The notes under the pieces were generated by a model. It ran no database searches, was not told where the DNA came from, and saw only the letters and a program-made list of their open reading frames with translations. A stretch of DNA of 64,000 nucleotides from NCBI GenBank assembly GCA_963768605.1, contig CAVYIP010000002.1:64756-128755 (forward strand), given 5' to 3'. Both the position numbers and the translations under genes were made by a program. Positions 45,886 to 54,899 of the stretch are shown here, one piece after another (position 1 is the first letter of the stretch; every line of letters starts with the position of its first letter). This stretch comes from an uncultured Actinomycetes bacterium (GTDB lineage Bacteria; Actinomycetota; Acidimicrobiia; IMCC26256; JACDBD01).

Positions 45886-45912
45886 ATACCCAGCAGCTAC
45901 GGGCGGGGAACC
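45886..45912 (-). promoter_or_regulatory. SigB/SigF-type promoter of the STAS gene
   Basis: GGTTC-N16-GGGTAT, 10 nt upstream of the ATG at 45875. Confidence 0.7.
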
Positions 45913-46331
45913 AGCTCGAACCAGACGGCGGTGCCGCCCGCGTTCGAGTGGTACCCCCATCGGTCGGCGAGCGCGTCGACGATCTGGAGGCCGCGCCCGT
46001 CGGTGCGATCCGTGTCGAGCGGCCGCAGCTCCGGCTCGCCGCGGCCGACGTCGCGCACCTCGACGCGGGCGCAGTCGTCGTCGAGCCGTACGGAGACGCG
46101 CGTCTCCGTGCCGGCGTGCCGGTAGGCGTTCGTGACGAGCTCGCTCGTCAAGAGCAGGACCAGCTCGATGAAGTCGTCGGAGCATTCCCACCGCCGGAGC
46201 GCGGCGGCGACGAATCGGCGTGCACTGGCGGCGCTCGGGGCCACGGAGGGGAAGACCGTCGAGAGCTCGTCCGCCGCCCGATCGCTTCGCCGGTCGGAAC
46301 GGCTCCGGGCGCGACTCGGCGGCGCGGTCAT
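45897..46331 (-). CDS. RsbW-like HATPase_c Ser kinase/anti-sigma factor
   Basis: ARRFV, SELVTNA, EVRD, DGRGL, ADRWG, VWFEL. Confidence 0.87.
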   Translation of the reverse strand: MTAPPSRARSRSDRRSDRAADELSTVFPSVAPSAASARRFVAAALRRWECSDDFIELVLLLTSELVTNAYRHAGTETRVSVRLDDDCARVEVRDVGRGEPELRPLDTDRTDGRGLQIVDALADRWGYHSNAGGTAVWFELVPRP

Positions 46332-47158
46332 GAGGTCGCCTCTGCCCTCAGCCGCTCGAGGCTCCGGGTGAGCAGACGCGAGACGTGCATCTGGCTGACG
46401 CCGACGCGCTCGGCGATCTCCGACTGGGTCATGCTCTCGAAGAAGCGCAGCTCCACGATGCGGCGCTCCCGTGCCGGGAGCGCTTCCAGCAGCTCTTCGA
46501 TCTCGGACCGGTGCTCGATGCGCTCGAACTCGGGGTCGTCGTCACCCAGGCATGCCGAGAGCTCGCCGCCCTCGTCGTCGGGCGTGACCGACCCGTCGAG
46601 CGAGACGAGCCGGTACAGGGACCCGGCCTCCATCGCTTCCAGCACGGCCTCTTCCGACACCCCGGCCCGCTCCGCGACCTCGGCCGGGGTCGGCGACCGC
46701 CCCTCCTCCTGGCCGAGTGCCGAGACGATGCGGCCGAGCTGGAGGTGCAGCTCTTGCACGCGGCGCGGCACGCGGACGGCCCAGCCACGATCCCGGAAAT
46801 GGCGCTTCAGCTCGCCGAGGATCGTGGGGGTGGCGAACGTCGAGAACTGGAGGCCCCGGCCCGGATCGAAGCGCTCGACGGCCTTGAACAAGCCGACGAG
46901 GGCGACCTGGACGAGGTCGTCGCGTTGCTCACCGCGATTGGCGAAGCGGCCGGCGAGGAAGTGCGCGAGCGGGGCGTGCTCCTCGACGAGCTCGTCCCGC
47001 AAGCGACGGTCGCCCGTCCGCCGGTAGCGCGCGAAGCGCTCGTCGAGGCGCTGCTCGCTCCCGTTCCGATGCGACCCGGTCCCGTTGGGCCCGGACCGCG
47101 GGTCCTGTTCCCCGGCCGTACGCCGCTCCCTCGTGGGCTGTTCGCCGACGTGCACCAT
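46328..47158 (-). CDS. SigB/SigF/SigG-family sigma factor (copy 1)
   Basis: DDLVQVA, KAVERFDP, ATPTILGELKRHFRD, VRVPRR, TQSEIAERVGVSQMHVSR. Confidence 0.93.
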   Translation of the reverse strand: MVHVGEQPTRERRTAGEQDPRSGPNGTGSHRNGSEQRLDERFARYRRTGDRRLRDELVEEHAPLAHFLAGRFANRGEQRDDLVQVALVGLFKAVERFDPGRGLQFSTFATPTILGELKRHFRDRGWAVRVPRRVQELHLQLGRIVSALGQEEGRSPTPAEVAERAGVSEEAVLEAMEAGSLYRLVSLDGSVTPDDEGGELSACLGDDDPEFERIEHRSEIEELLEALPARERRIVELRFFESMTQSEIAERVGVSQMHVSRLLTRSLERLRAEATS

Positions 47159-47559
47159 CAGCGGAGCCCTCGCATCACCAGCGTAAACCGGATGCCGGCG
47201 GACCCGTCCACGATCTCGACCTCGTCCGCCACCGCGTCGACGATCACCTGAGAGATCCGCGGCAGGTGCAGGGGTCGCAGCGTGCCCTCTCGCGGGGCAG
47301 CGCCTTCCACCCGCACGAGCCCGGGCTCGGCCGAGAATCCCACGGTGATCGGCGCTTCCGTGCTCTTCAGCACTGCGTGACACACCTCGTCGACGGCAAT
47401 TCGCAGGTCATCGGTCTGGTCGCAATCGAATCCCGCACGATTGGCGGCATCGGCGGCGACCAGCCGAACCGTCCGCAGATGCTCGATGGTGGGCGGGAAC
47501 TGCAGCCGCAGCTCGCACTGGCCCACGACGTCCTCGGATTTGTCGAGCATCACGGACAC
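47158..47559 (-). CDS. UsfX-like anti-sigma factor (copy 1)
   Basis: LRTVRLVAA, DDLRIAVDEVC, IVDAVADEV; TGATG coupling to the sigma gene. Confidence 0.78.
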   Translation of the reverse strand: MSVMLDKSEDVVGQCELRLQFPPTIEHLRTVRLVAADAANRAGFDCDQTDDLRIAVDEVCHAVLKSTEAPITVGFSAEPGLVRVEGAAPREGTLRPLHLPRISQVIVDAVADEVEIVDGSAGIRFTLVMRGLR

Positions 47560-47737
47560 GGCGGACGAACCCCCAACCCATTTGCGTGGTCCAGCAAAAG
47601 GTACCCACGACCTGCGGAAACCATGCCGGATGGCAAGGCCGTTGGGAGCATTGGACTTCCGCGGCTTTCCGCCGTTTTGTCACGAGCGTGACGCTGGTGG
47701 AACATCACCACCCCGGAGGGCGAACGAGGGGTTCCCA

Positions 47738-48118
47738 ATGCCCGAACATCCTGACGAGATCCGGCTGATCATCCCGGGCAGACCCGACTTCCTGCGCCTC
47801 GCGCGCCTGGCCGCCGCCGACGCAGGCAGCCGCGCCGGCCTGACATTCGACGAGATCGAGGATCTCCGCATCGCCGTCGACGAGCTGTGTCACTCCGTGA
47901 TGCGCGCCGACGGCACCGGGGTGGTCGAGCTCGTCTTCGAGTTGGGCGACGAGGGGCTGGTCGTCGGCGGCGCAGGGCCGCCGATCGAGCCGGGCGGCGA
48001 GTCGAAACCCAGCGAGCTGTCGCGAACCATCGTCGCCGCCGTCGTCGACGAGCACGACCTCGATCGCGATGGCGACGAGCTGCATTTCCGTCTGGTCAAG
48101 CGCGCCCGGCGTCGCTGA
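47738..48118 (+). CDS. UsfX-like anti-sigma factor (copy 2)
   Basis: LRLARLAAA, EDLRIAVDELC, IVAAVVDE. Confidence 0.8.
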   Translation: MPEHPDEIRLIIPGRPDFLRLARLAAADAGSRAGLTFDEIEDLRIAVDELCHSVMRADGTGVVELVFELGDEGLVVGGAGPPIEPGGESKPSELSRTIVAAVVDEHDLDRDGDELHFRLVKRARRR

Positions 48119-48119
48119 C

Positions 48120-48866
48120 GTGACGACCGACCCGCAGGAGCGGGCGGCGCTCTTCGTCGAGTTTCGCCGCACCGAGGACCGCCGACTGCGGGACCGGCTC
48201 ATCGAGATGAACATCGGGCTGGCCGAAGCCGTGTCCCGGCGCTTCGGAGGGCGCGGCGAACGCCACGACGATCTTCTGCAGGTCGCGTTGGTCGGACTGC
48301 TCAAGGCGGTCGAGCGATTCGATCCCGAGCGCGGCCTCGCCTTCTCGAGCTTCGCGACGCCCACGATCGAGGGCGAGCTGAAGCGGCACTTCCGCGACAA
48401 GCGATGGGCAGTGCGCGTCCCGCGCCGGCTCCAGGAGCTCATGCTCGAGGTGAACCAGAGCGTCGCGACCCTCACCCAGCGGTGCGGTCGATCACCGACG
48501 CTCGCCGAGATCGCCGCCGACACCAAGTTGTCCAGCGAGGACGTGCTGGAAGCGCTGGAAGCCGGGCGTGCGATCGTCGCCGCGCCCATCGAGAACGAGG
48601 ACCGCGACAGCGGCGCCGGCGGCATCGTCGACCGGCGCGGCAACCTCGACCGCGGCATCGAGGCGGTGGAGCAGCGGATGATCGTGTCGCAGCTGCTCGA
48701 GTCGCTCCCCGACCGCGAGCGGGACATCGTCGTCCTGCGCTTCTACGACGGGCTCACCCAGTCCGAGATCGCCGATCGATTCGGGGTGAGCCAGATGCAG
48801 ATCTCCCGCATCCTGGCCCGCACGCTCGATCGGCTCCGCGCCGGCGCCGGCGACGTGCTCGCCTAG
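48120..48866 (+). CDS. SigB/SigF/SigG-family sigma factor (copy 2)
   Basis: DDLLQVA, KAVERFDP, ATPTIEGELKRHFRD, TQSEIADRFGVSQMQISR. Confidence 0.93.
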   Translation: MTTDPQERAALFVEFRRTEDRRLRDRLIEMNIGLAEAVSRRFGGRGERHDDLLQVALVGLLKAVERFDPERGLAFSSFATPTIEGELKRHFRDKRWAVRVPRRLQELMLEVNQSVATLTQRCGRSPTLAEIAADTKLSSEDVLEALEAGRAIVAAPIENEDRDSGAGGIVDRRGNLDRGIEAVEQRMIVSQLLESLPDRERDIVVLRFYDGLTQSEIADRFGVSQMQISRILARTLDRLRAGAGDVLA

Positions 48867-48869
48867 CGG

Positions 48870-49244
48870 CTACGAGGCCGCCAGCAGGGCTTCCTTCCAG
48901 GTGCGGAAGCGCTCGTGCGTCTCCCCGTCGGCGCTGATGCCCTCGCCGGACCCGTCCGGGTGGAGACGGAACGTGTACCGCTCGGCGAGATCGTCGGAAG
49001 CGAGCGCCATGTAGCGGGCGTCGGCACGTGACGCCGGCCCCGCGCGCCACAGCAGGTACCGGCCGATTCGGCGCTTGTACGCCACGAGCGACACGCCGAA
49101 GTCGGCGCCCAGCTCGCGCAGCTCAGGCGGCGCCTCGACCCAACGCTCGGCTGGGATCAGGTAGTCGCGCTGCGGCAGCGGCGGCAGGTCCTCGGTGTGA
49201 TAGTCGACCGCGACGGGCGGACGGTCCTCGGGCGACGTCGCCAT
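48870..49244 (-). CDS. Hypothetical protein
   Basis: Fills the gap, high GC3, protein-like composition (YKRRIGRYLLWRAGP...FRTWKEAL). Confidence 0.65.
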   Translation of the reverse strand: MATSPEDRPPVAVDYHTEDLPPLPQRDYLIPAERWVEAPPELRELGADFGVSLVAYKRRIGRYLLWRAGPASRADARYMALASDDLAERYTFRLHPDGSGEGISADGETHERFRTWKEALLAAS

Positions 49245-49264
49245 TCTGCAATGCTCGCACCCGC

Positions 49265-50260
49265 ATGACCGCGGTGCAGGATCTCCCGACGCCGGCGCTC
49301 GTCGTCGACACCGCCGCCTTCGAGCACAACCTGGCGGCGATGGCCGGCGCGCTCCCGGGCGCACGGTGCCGTCCGCACGTCAAGGCGCACAAGACGACCG
49401 CACTGGCACACGAGCAGGCGGCTCGGGGCCACCGCACCTTCACGTGCGCGACCCCGAGAGAGATGGAGGGCATGGCCAACGCCGGGCTGGGCGACGACCT
49501 GCTCCTCGCGAACGAGGTCGTCGACCCCGACCGCCTGCGCCGCCTCGCCGCCCTCGACGCGCGCGTCACCATCGCCGTGGACTCGGAGGCGACGATCGAC
49601 GCCGCCGCCCGCGCCGGTCTGGGCGAGGTCGTCATCGACGTGTACGTCGGGATGCCACGCTGCGGCTGCCCTCCGGATCGAGCCGGGCGACTCGCCGACG
49701 CCGCTCGGTCCCGGGGCCTGGCCGTGCGAGGCGTGATGGGCTACGAGGGTCACGTCGTGGGCGTGCACGACCGGGCAACACGCGTCGAGCAGACCGAGAC
49801 GGCGATGCGCCAGCTCCTCGACGCGCACGCGGACGTCGGCGGCGAGTTGGTGTCGGGCGGCGGGACCGGGACGTTCGACATCAACACGTGGGTCACCGAG
49901 ATCCAAGCCGGCTCGTACGCGCTCATGGACACCGCGTACGGCCATCTCGACCTGCCGTTCGAGCTCGCGTTGTCGATCGTCGCCACCGTCATCTCCGTAT
50001 CAGAAGGCTGGGCCGTCGCCGACTGCGGGCTCAAGGCCCTTGGAATGGACCACGGCGACCCGACGGTCATCGGTCACACCGTGTGGTTCTGCTCTGACGA
50101 GCACGTCACATTCGGCCCGGAAACCCCCGTCGCGGTGGGCGACCGCGTACGCGTCTTGCCTGCACACGTCGATCCCACCATCGCGTACCACGAGCGGATG
50201 CATCTCGCGACAGATGACAACGTCGTCGACACGTGGGAAATCGACCTCCGGGGTTGGTAG
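49265..50260 (+). CDS. PLP-dependent fold-type III enzyme (DSD1/D-threonine aldolase-like)
   Basis: TPALVVD, RPHVKAHK, GYEGH, GGGTG, EIQAGSY, SDEH, PAHVDPT. Confidence 0.87.
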   Translation: MTAVQDLPTPALVVDTAAFEHNLAAMAGALPGARCRPHVKAHKTTALAHEQAARGHRTFTCATPREMEGMANAGLGDDLLLANEVVDPDRLRRLAALDARVTIAVDSEATIDAAARAGLGEVVIDVYVGMPRCGCPPDRAGRLADAARSRGLAVRGVMGYEGHVVGVHDRATRVEQTETAMRQLLDAHADVGGELVSGGGTGTFDINTWVTEIQAGSYALMDTAYGHLDLPFELALSIVATVISVSEGWAVADCGLKALGMDHGDPTVIGHTVWFCSDEHVTFGPETPVAVGDRVRVLPAHVDPTIAYHERMHLATDDNVVDTWEIDLRGW

Positions 50261-50303
50261 TTCGGCCCCGAGTCGCGCCGATCTGTCCGGATACAGTGCG
50301 GGC

Positions 50304-51494
50304 GTGTCGCTCCGCCGGCGCCTTCTCCTCCTCTCACTCGTGTACCTCGTCATCGTCCTCGCGGGCGGCGCGTCGGTGCTCCGCATCAGCACGCAGCGTG
50401 ACGACGCCATCAAAGATCAGCGCGCGCTCGTAGCGGCCGCTCCATTGGGCGACGCCCAACAAGCAGAGCTGAACGCGACACAAAACCGTCTCGAGGATCT
50501 GCGGATCCAGCTGAACGCGACGATCGGGGTGGTGCTCGGTCTCGCGTTCGCGACGACTCTCGCAGCCGCGTTTCTCATCCGCCGTTGGGTGACGCGCCCG
50601 ATCGAACGGCTCGCGGGCGCGGTTCGAAACGCGCGCGCGGGCAAAGTGGGCGTCATCGCTCCTCAAGGCCCGCCGGAGATCGCGGACCTCGCCCGCGACG
50701 TCGACGCCATGCGTCTCCAGATGAACCGCGCGTTGTACGACGCCGTGCGCGCTCGCGAGACGATCGAGCAGAGCGCGTCGGTGGTGCTCCAGCTCCGGTC
50801 GGAGCTGGCGACCGGCGTCGAGGACCTCCCCGACGGATGGACCGTCGCGGCGCAGCTGCAAGCCGCGGAGGGGGTCGTCGCCGGGGACTGCTACGACGTC
50901 ATCAACCTGGCGCCGTCGAGGCTCGGCCTGGTGGTCGTCGACATCTCCGGGCACGGCGCCGTGTCGGGGATCCTGGCCTTGCGTTGCAAGGAGCTGCTCC
51001 GGGCCGGGCTCCGGGACGGCTTCGAGCCCGACGAAGCCGTGCAGTGGGCGGCGGAGCAGCTCGACGATCTCGGCGACGAGACGTTCCTCACCGCGTTCGT
51101 CGCCGTCATCGATCTCCCGAGCGGCGACGTCACGTACGCGAACGCCGGTCACCCGCCGGCGTTGTTGTGCTCACCCTCGCACGCGGTCGAGCTGGAAACG
51201 ACCGGGCCGATCGTCGGCCCGTTCGTCGGGCCGTGGCAGAACGCGTCGGCCGGTCTCGATCCCGGCGACACGCTCGCCGTCTATACCGACGGGCTCACCG
51301 AGGTTCGCGACGAGGCCGGCAACGAGTTCGGCATCCAACGGTTGACCGACATCGTCTGCGGCGCGGCGCCGGACGACGCCGAGGCGATCGTCAAGCGGTG
51401 TGTCGACGACGTCACGTCCTTTTCACCCGGCCGCCTCCGCGACGACGTCACGATCGCGTTGTTGTGCCGGGGACGGCGCGAATCCGACGGCTGA
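50304..51494 (+). CDS. Membrane HAMP-SpoIIE (PP2C) phosphatase
   Basis: Two TM helices, HAMP, AGDCYD, DISGHG, ANAGHPP, YTDGLTE, DDVT. Confidence 0.9.
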   Translation: MSLRRRLLLLSLVYLVIVLAGGASVLRISTQRDDAIKDQRALVAAAPLGDAQQAELNATQNRLEDLRIQLNATIGVVLGLAFATTLAAAFLIRRWVTRPIERLAGAVRNARAGKVGVIAPQGPPEIADLARDVDAMRLQMNRALYDAVRARETIEQSASVVLQLRSELATGVEDLPDGWTVAAQLQAAEGVVAGDCYDVINLAPSRLGLVVVDISGHGAVSGILALRCKELLRAGLRDGFEPDEAVQWAAEQLDDLGDETFLTAFVAVIDLPSGDVTYANAGHPPALLCSPSHAVELETTGPIVGPFVGPWQNASAGLDPGDTLAVYTDGLTEVRDEAGNEFGIQRLTDIVCGAAPDDAEAIVKRCVDDVTSFSPGRLRDDVTIALLCRGRRESDG

Positions 51495-51535
51495 CGCTGG
51501 ACCGGCGCGGCCAAGTGGCCGTAGCGTGCTGACGT

Positions 51536-52979
51536 ATGACTGACGATCTCGCGTTCCTCGACGCGACCGCCCAAGCCGAGCTCGTTCGCACGGGGCAGCT
51601 GTCCGCGGTGGAGCTGATCGACGCCGCGATCAACCGCATCGAGAAGCTCAACCCCGAGCTCAACGCCGTCATCCACCCGCGCTTCGATCAGGCACGCGCT
51701 GAAGCCGCGGCGGGACTCCCCGACGGGCCGTTCCGGGGCGTGCCGACCTTGTTCAAGGACCTCATGTGCGCGGTCGAGGGCGAGCCCTACCACGAGGGCA
51801 TGCGCTTCCTGAAGGACAACGACTACCGGCCGCACTACACCGACAACCTCGTCCACCGCTTCCGCGAGGCCGGCTTCGTCTGCTGCGGTCGCACGAACAC
51901 CCCCGAGTTGGGGCTCGTGCCCACGACCGAGCCCGCCGCGTACGGCCCGACGCTCAACCCGTGGGACACGTCGCGATCGCCGGGTGGCTCGAGCGGCGGC
52001 TCGGCCGTGGCCGTCGCGACCGGCATGGTGCCCGTCGCTCACGGCAACGACGGCGGCGGCTCGATCCGCATCCCCGCGAGCTGCAACGGCCTCGTCGGGC
52101 TCAAGCCGTCGCGCGGACGCACGTCGCTGGGACCGCGCTGGGGTCAATTGACTGCGGTCCTGAACTGCGAGCTGGTGCTGGCGCGTTCGGTGCGCGATGT
52201 CGCCGGCGCGCTCGACGCCCTCTCCAAGCCGTTCCCGGGCGATACCGTCATCGCGCCCGCGCCGGCGCGCCCGTTCGTCGACGAGGTCGGCGCCGACCTG
52301 GGGCAACTGCGCATCGGCATCCTCACGGAGAACGAGCTCGGCACCGGCGAGGTGCACGCCGACTGCGTCGCCGCCGCCGAGGACACCGGGCGTCTCCTCG
52401 AGTCGCTCGGCCACCACGTCGAGCCGGGGCACCCCGAGCGCGTTCGCCGACCCCGAGGTGCTGGTGCCCTTCACGACCCTCTGGACGACCGACACCGCGC
52501 ACTACCTCGACGACTTCTCCAACCTGGTCGGCAAGCCGATCACCGAGGCGGACGTCGAGCCGCTCACCTGGGCGCTCGCGGAGTCGGGACGCGCGGTTAC
52601 CGGCCCGCAGTTCCGCGAAGCCGTACGGGTGATGGAGGAGACGGGCCGCGCCAGCGCCGGTTGGTGGACCGACGGCTTCGATCTGCTGCTCACGCCGACG
52701 CTGGGCGAGCCGCCGCTGCCGCTGGGCACGCTCGACCCGAAGCCCGACAACCCGCTGCACGGGTACATCCGCGCCGCCGAGTTCGTTCCGTTCACGGTGC
52801 AGTTCAACGTGAACGGCCAGCCCGGGATCTCGCTGCCGCTGTACTGGAACGACGCGGGCCTGCCGATCGGGTCGCAGCTCGTCGCCGCGTACGGCCGCGA
52901 GGACCTGCTCCTCCGGGTCGCGGCGCAGCTCGAGCAGGCCCGGCCGTGGTCCGACCGGCGTCCGCCGGTGCACGCCTGA
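51536..52979 (+). CDS. Amidase-signature family enzyme, frameshift near 52437
   Basis: [41 protein letters not shown]. Confidence 0.92.
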
Positions 52980-52992
52980 CCGGGCGGCGCCG

Positions 52993-54361
52993 GTGACCGT
53001 CCGGATCGGCGGCGGGCAGGGCTTCTACGGCGACACGCCTGCGGCTGTCGACGGCCTGCTACAGGACGGCGTCGACTACCTGTGCCTGGAGGCGCTCGCC
53101 GAGCTGACGCTCGCCATCCTCCAGAAGGACCGCCAGCGCGACGAGACGCTCGGCTACACGCGCGACCTGCCCCGGTACCTGGCCAAGGCGCTGCCGGCGG
53201 TGGCCGCGGGGCGCACGAAGCTCATCACGAACGCGGGCGGGATCAATCCGACGGCGGCGGCGCGGGCGGCGATCGAAACGGCGAAGCAGCTCGGCGTGTC
53301 GGGGATCCGAGTCGCGACCGTGCTCGGCGACGACCTCAAGCCGCGGCTGGCGGAGCTGCGCGACGCGGGCACGTCGCTCGCGAACGCGGAGTCAGGCGCG
53401 GCGTTCGACGACTTCCCCGGCGAGCCATTGTTCGCGTCCGCGTATCTGGGCGCGCGCCCGATCGTCGAGGCGCTCGGAGACGGCGCCGACGTCGTGATCA
53501 CGGGTCGGGTGGCCGACGCGGCCCTGTTCCTCGGCGCCGCCGCGCACGCCCACGGCTGGCAGTGGGACGACTGGGATCGCCTGGCGGCCGGCACGCTGAT
53601 CGGTCACCTGCTCGAGTGCTCGGGCCAGGTCGCGGGCGGTAACTACAGCGGCGAATGGTGGACGATCCCGCATCCGTGGGACCTGCCGTACCCGATCGCG
53701 GAGGTCGAGCCCGACGGCACCGCCGTGATCACGAAGCCGAAGGATTCGGGCGGGCGCGTCGACTTCGACACGGTTCGTCATCAGCTGCTGTACGAGGTGC
53801 ACGACCCGGCCGCGTACCTCTCGCCCGACGTCGTCGCCGACTTCACGTCGGCGACGTTCACCGACCTCGGGAGCGACCGCGTGCGCGTCGACGGAGTACG
53901 TGGCGCGCCGGCGACGCCGACCTACAAGGCGCTGCTCGCGTACCACGCCGGCTGGTCGGGCGAGGCGCGCGCCGCGTTCTCGTGGCCGGACGCGTACGAG
54001 AAGGCGAAGGCCACGGCCGCGCTCCTGGCGAAACGGGTCGAGATGGCCGGGCTCGCCGTCGACGAATGGCGCTTCGAGTACTGGGGCGTCGAACGCGCTC
54101 GGCGGACCGACCGCGCCGCCGCCGCAGGACCCGCCCGAAGTCGCGATCCGGGCCGCGTGGCGCTGCGCCGACGAACGCACGGCGGCCCTCGTCGGCCGCG
54201 AGCTCATCCCGCTGACGCTGTCGGCCCCGCCCGCCGGCTTCACCGGCATGGGCCGGCAGGGCGGCGGCCGGCCGAACGAGCTGCTCGGCATCTGGCCCAC
54301 ACTCGTCGACCGGAAGCTCGTCGACGAGAACGTGCGGGTGACGATCGAGGAGGTCACGTGA
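52993..54361 (+). CDS. AtuA/DUF1446-family protein, frameshift near 54092
   Basis: GFYGD, EALAELT, TNAGG, AYLGA, GRVAD, GHLLEC, QLLYEVHDP. Confidence 0.87.
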
Positions 54362-54756
54362 TGGCCCGGCTCCAGCTCCGAGAGCTGTGCGGGTACCGGG
54401 CCGGCGACAAGGGCGACATCGCCGACGTGGCGATCTTCGCCGACGACGAGGAGACCTACGACCTCATCGTGCGCGAGGTCACGGCCGAGCGGGTCAAGCA
54501 GCACTTCGGCGCGATGGTGCGGGGAGCCGTCGAGCGCTACGAGGCACGCAACGTGCTGGCGCTCAACTTCGTGCTCCGCGACGCGCTGGGCGGCGGCGGC
54601 CCCCGCTCGCTGCGCTCCGACAGCCTCGGCAAGACGCTCGGCGGCGCGCTCGTGCGCATGGAGATCGACGTGCCCGACGAGTTCGCGCATCGCCGTCGCC
54701 CCCGCCCCGACGTCACCTGGGCCGACGAGATCCTGGACGCGCTGCCAAAACGCTGA
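54361..54756 (+). CDS. AtuA-associated small ferredoxin-like-fold protein
   Basis: RAGDKGD, ALNFVL, LGGGG, SLRSDSLGK; TGATG coupling. Confidence 0.82.
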   Translation: MARLQLRELCGYRAGDKGDIADVAIFADDEETYDLIVREVTAERVKQHFGAMVRGAVERYEARNVLALNFVLRDALGGGGPRSLRSDSLGKTLGGALVRMEIDVPDEFAHRRRPRPDVTWADEILDALPKR

Positions 54757-54776
54757 GCGGTGGCTACGCTCGTTTG

Positions 54777-54899
54777 TGAGCGGCCCGATTCGGGGACGAG
54801 TCGTCGGGGAGGCCCGGGCGGCCGCTGCCGAGGACGCAGCGCGGCAACGCGAGGCCCTTGGCGCCGCCGGCTGTGTGGCCTCCCCGGCGCTATTGCTCA
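54777..54899 (+). ncRNA. Candidate structured small RNA or repeat element
   Basis: TACGCT -10 box at 54765; nested stems with GGGA and GCAA tetraloops; lies between convergent genes. Confidence 0.3.

Noticed and set aside
52993-54756. Full-length fused AtuA (587 aa)
   Set aside because: The segment 54092-54360 is protein-like only in the shifted frame, which stops at the TGATG junction at 54359-54363
54777-54899. SRP RNA, hammerhead or HDV ribozyme identity for the structured element
   Set aside because: No CAGG-N3-GNRA-N3-AGCAG in the correct order, no CUGANGA/GAAA core, and no HDV pseudoknot found by eye
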